Assembly (NCBI GenBank): GCA_028023455.1 | Contig: JAQFVV010000009.1 | Span: forward strand, 12,834,001-12,898,000 | DNA: 64,000 nt | From: Epiperipatus broadwayi | Taxonomy: Eukaryota > Animalia > Onychophora | Reading direction: 5' to 3' | Shown here: one piece after another, positions 62,713 through 64,000 of the stretch | How the letters are laid out: each line of letters starts with the position of its first letter | Numbering within the stretch: position 1 is the first letter of the stretch | Made by a program: the position numbers and the translations under genes | The notes under the pieces: generated by a model | Told to the model about the DNA's origin: nothing | Databases searched by the model: none | What the model saw: the letters and a program-made list of their open reading frames with translations, nothing else

Positions 62713-64000
62713 AAGAAGCTTAATTTGTCAGTAAAATTTGCATGCAGGTTTTAAAATCATATTGAATTATGACAGCACTTACAATAGAAATCAAGGATAT
62801 GTTTACTGAATCTCAACTGACTTTCTTATTACTGATGACATCACATTTTATTGACAGAAATATATTCCCAGCAAAAGTTTTTTCAACAAATATTCCCACT
62901 TGAAAAAGGGTATAGGTAAATAACATTAGCTGTATTATAAATTTATGTAGTATTTAATTAATTATATATTTAAATGGTAACTTGAAATGCAAAGTTAATT
63001 AAAAACAGTTTGTTTAAAGACTTTTCTTATTTAATAACATTAAACTGGTATAAAAAAGATTTTATTAAATTGTTAAAATTTGTGTTTAAGTTTGAATATA
63101 ATGTAGAATTTTGTTTTTTGAAGTCACAATTGTTTTCCTATATTAGTGATAACATCAGGTTTGATTGATAGAGACATATGCCTATCAAAAAATTAATTGA
63201 CTTTTTAATCAAATGTTACTATTTAAAATATTACAAAATTTCTATAGAAGGCATAGATAGATGTTAGCATTATTATATATTTTTATGATATTTAATACAT
63301 AGCAGAACAATTAAGTTCAAAATAAATATAAATTTATATTTTTTCTTTAAAATATTAGGATTATTACTTACAAACAAATTTACTAAATTAGTATTTTTAA
63401 ATAATATTTCACATGTCAACATACAGTTGTTTCAATTATATTGTATTACAGGGATTATTAAATCGTAAGAGACTAGTTTAAAACTCAAAGATGCCAACAA
63501 CATTGTTTTAAAATTATGAGCTATAAATTTTGGGACGTTTTTTATGAAATCTGTATTCATTTCATTTTTGACACTAAAATTTTTTATAATTCAAATCTTA
63601 AGATAAATTAATTTCTGTATGATATTATTTTTAAAAATGGTCAGTTTTTCACTTTTTAAAAGACGTCAACATTCTTGGATTGTTAAAAATATTTTCCATA
63701 AGTTTCTTTGTATTCACTGAAAAAAGAAAATATAAAATTGACCATCTTTTTAAACTTATGACATAATATCAAAATAGTTAATGCAAATAAAATGAGAAAC
63801 AATGGTAAAATAATTACAATTTTTGCAAGACTTTGAGGAAGAGACAAAGAGTGGGGTGGGGTGGGGGGGGGTAGGGTATCATAGCTGTGAAACAATTGTT
63901 AGATATTTTATAATTTATTTGAAGTCAAATCCATATAACAACAACAATAATAATTAATACATGACTTTGATATTTAATATGATTGATATTAAAGTAACTC

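Noticed and set aside
4984-63895. Most other 60-110-aa ORFs in the track (F/I/L/K/Y-rich)
   Set aside because: Compositional ORFs of AT-rich DNA or microsatellites, with no domains or splice support.
1-64000. CRISPR arrays, rRNA genes, intact tRNA genes, prokaryotic operons
   Set aside because: No repeat-spacer arrays or rRNA motifs were seen, the tRNA-like folds are SINE-type, and the sequence is eukaryotic.

Overview
Very AT-rich, CpG-depleted animal genomic DNA, probably from a large-genome invertebrate. I found only one convincing host coding exon: a 204-nt phase-0/phase-0 LIM1 exon of a Prickle-family gene on the minus strand (53920-54123). No PET, LIM2 or LIM3 exon was found by manual motif reading, so most of the window is probably intron of that gene. 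The rest is transposon debris: a degenerate Ty3/Gypsy element (1-~3925, with a tandem duplication across PBS/LTR), RTE and RTE-X LINE remnants, two mariner remnants, tRNA-derived SINEs with TSDs, four Penelope-like (PLE) GIY-YIG remnants and a processed pseudogene of pyruvate dehydrogenase E2 (DLAT). The most striking signal is a set of minimal type I hammerhead ribozyme (HHR) motifs with palindromic stem III. They occur behind the PLE tails and in a non-coding ~413-nt tandem unit inserted as a TSD-bounded fold-back (36726-37793). That unit looks like a retrozyme and has a second HHR-core-like motif on the opposite strand. Two other TSD-bounded fold-back insertions are present, plus a ~2.5-kb CpG-retaining island (31080-33600) with an ATG|GTAAGT donor on the gene strand. 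No CRISPR, rRNA or intact tRNA gene is supported. All alignments, translations and counts were done by eye, and TE boundaries are approximate.
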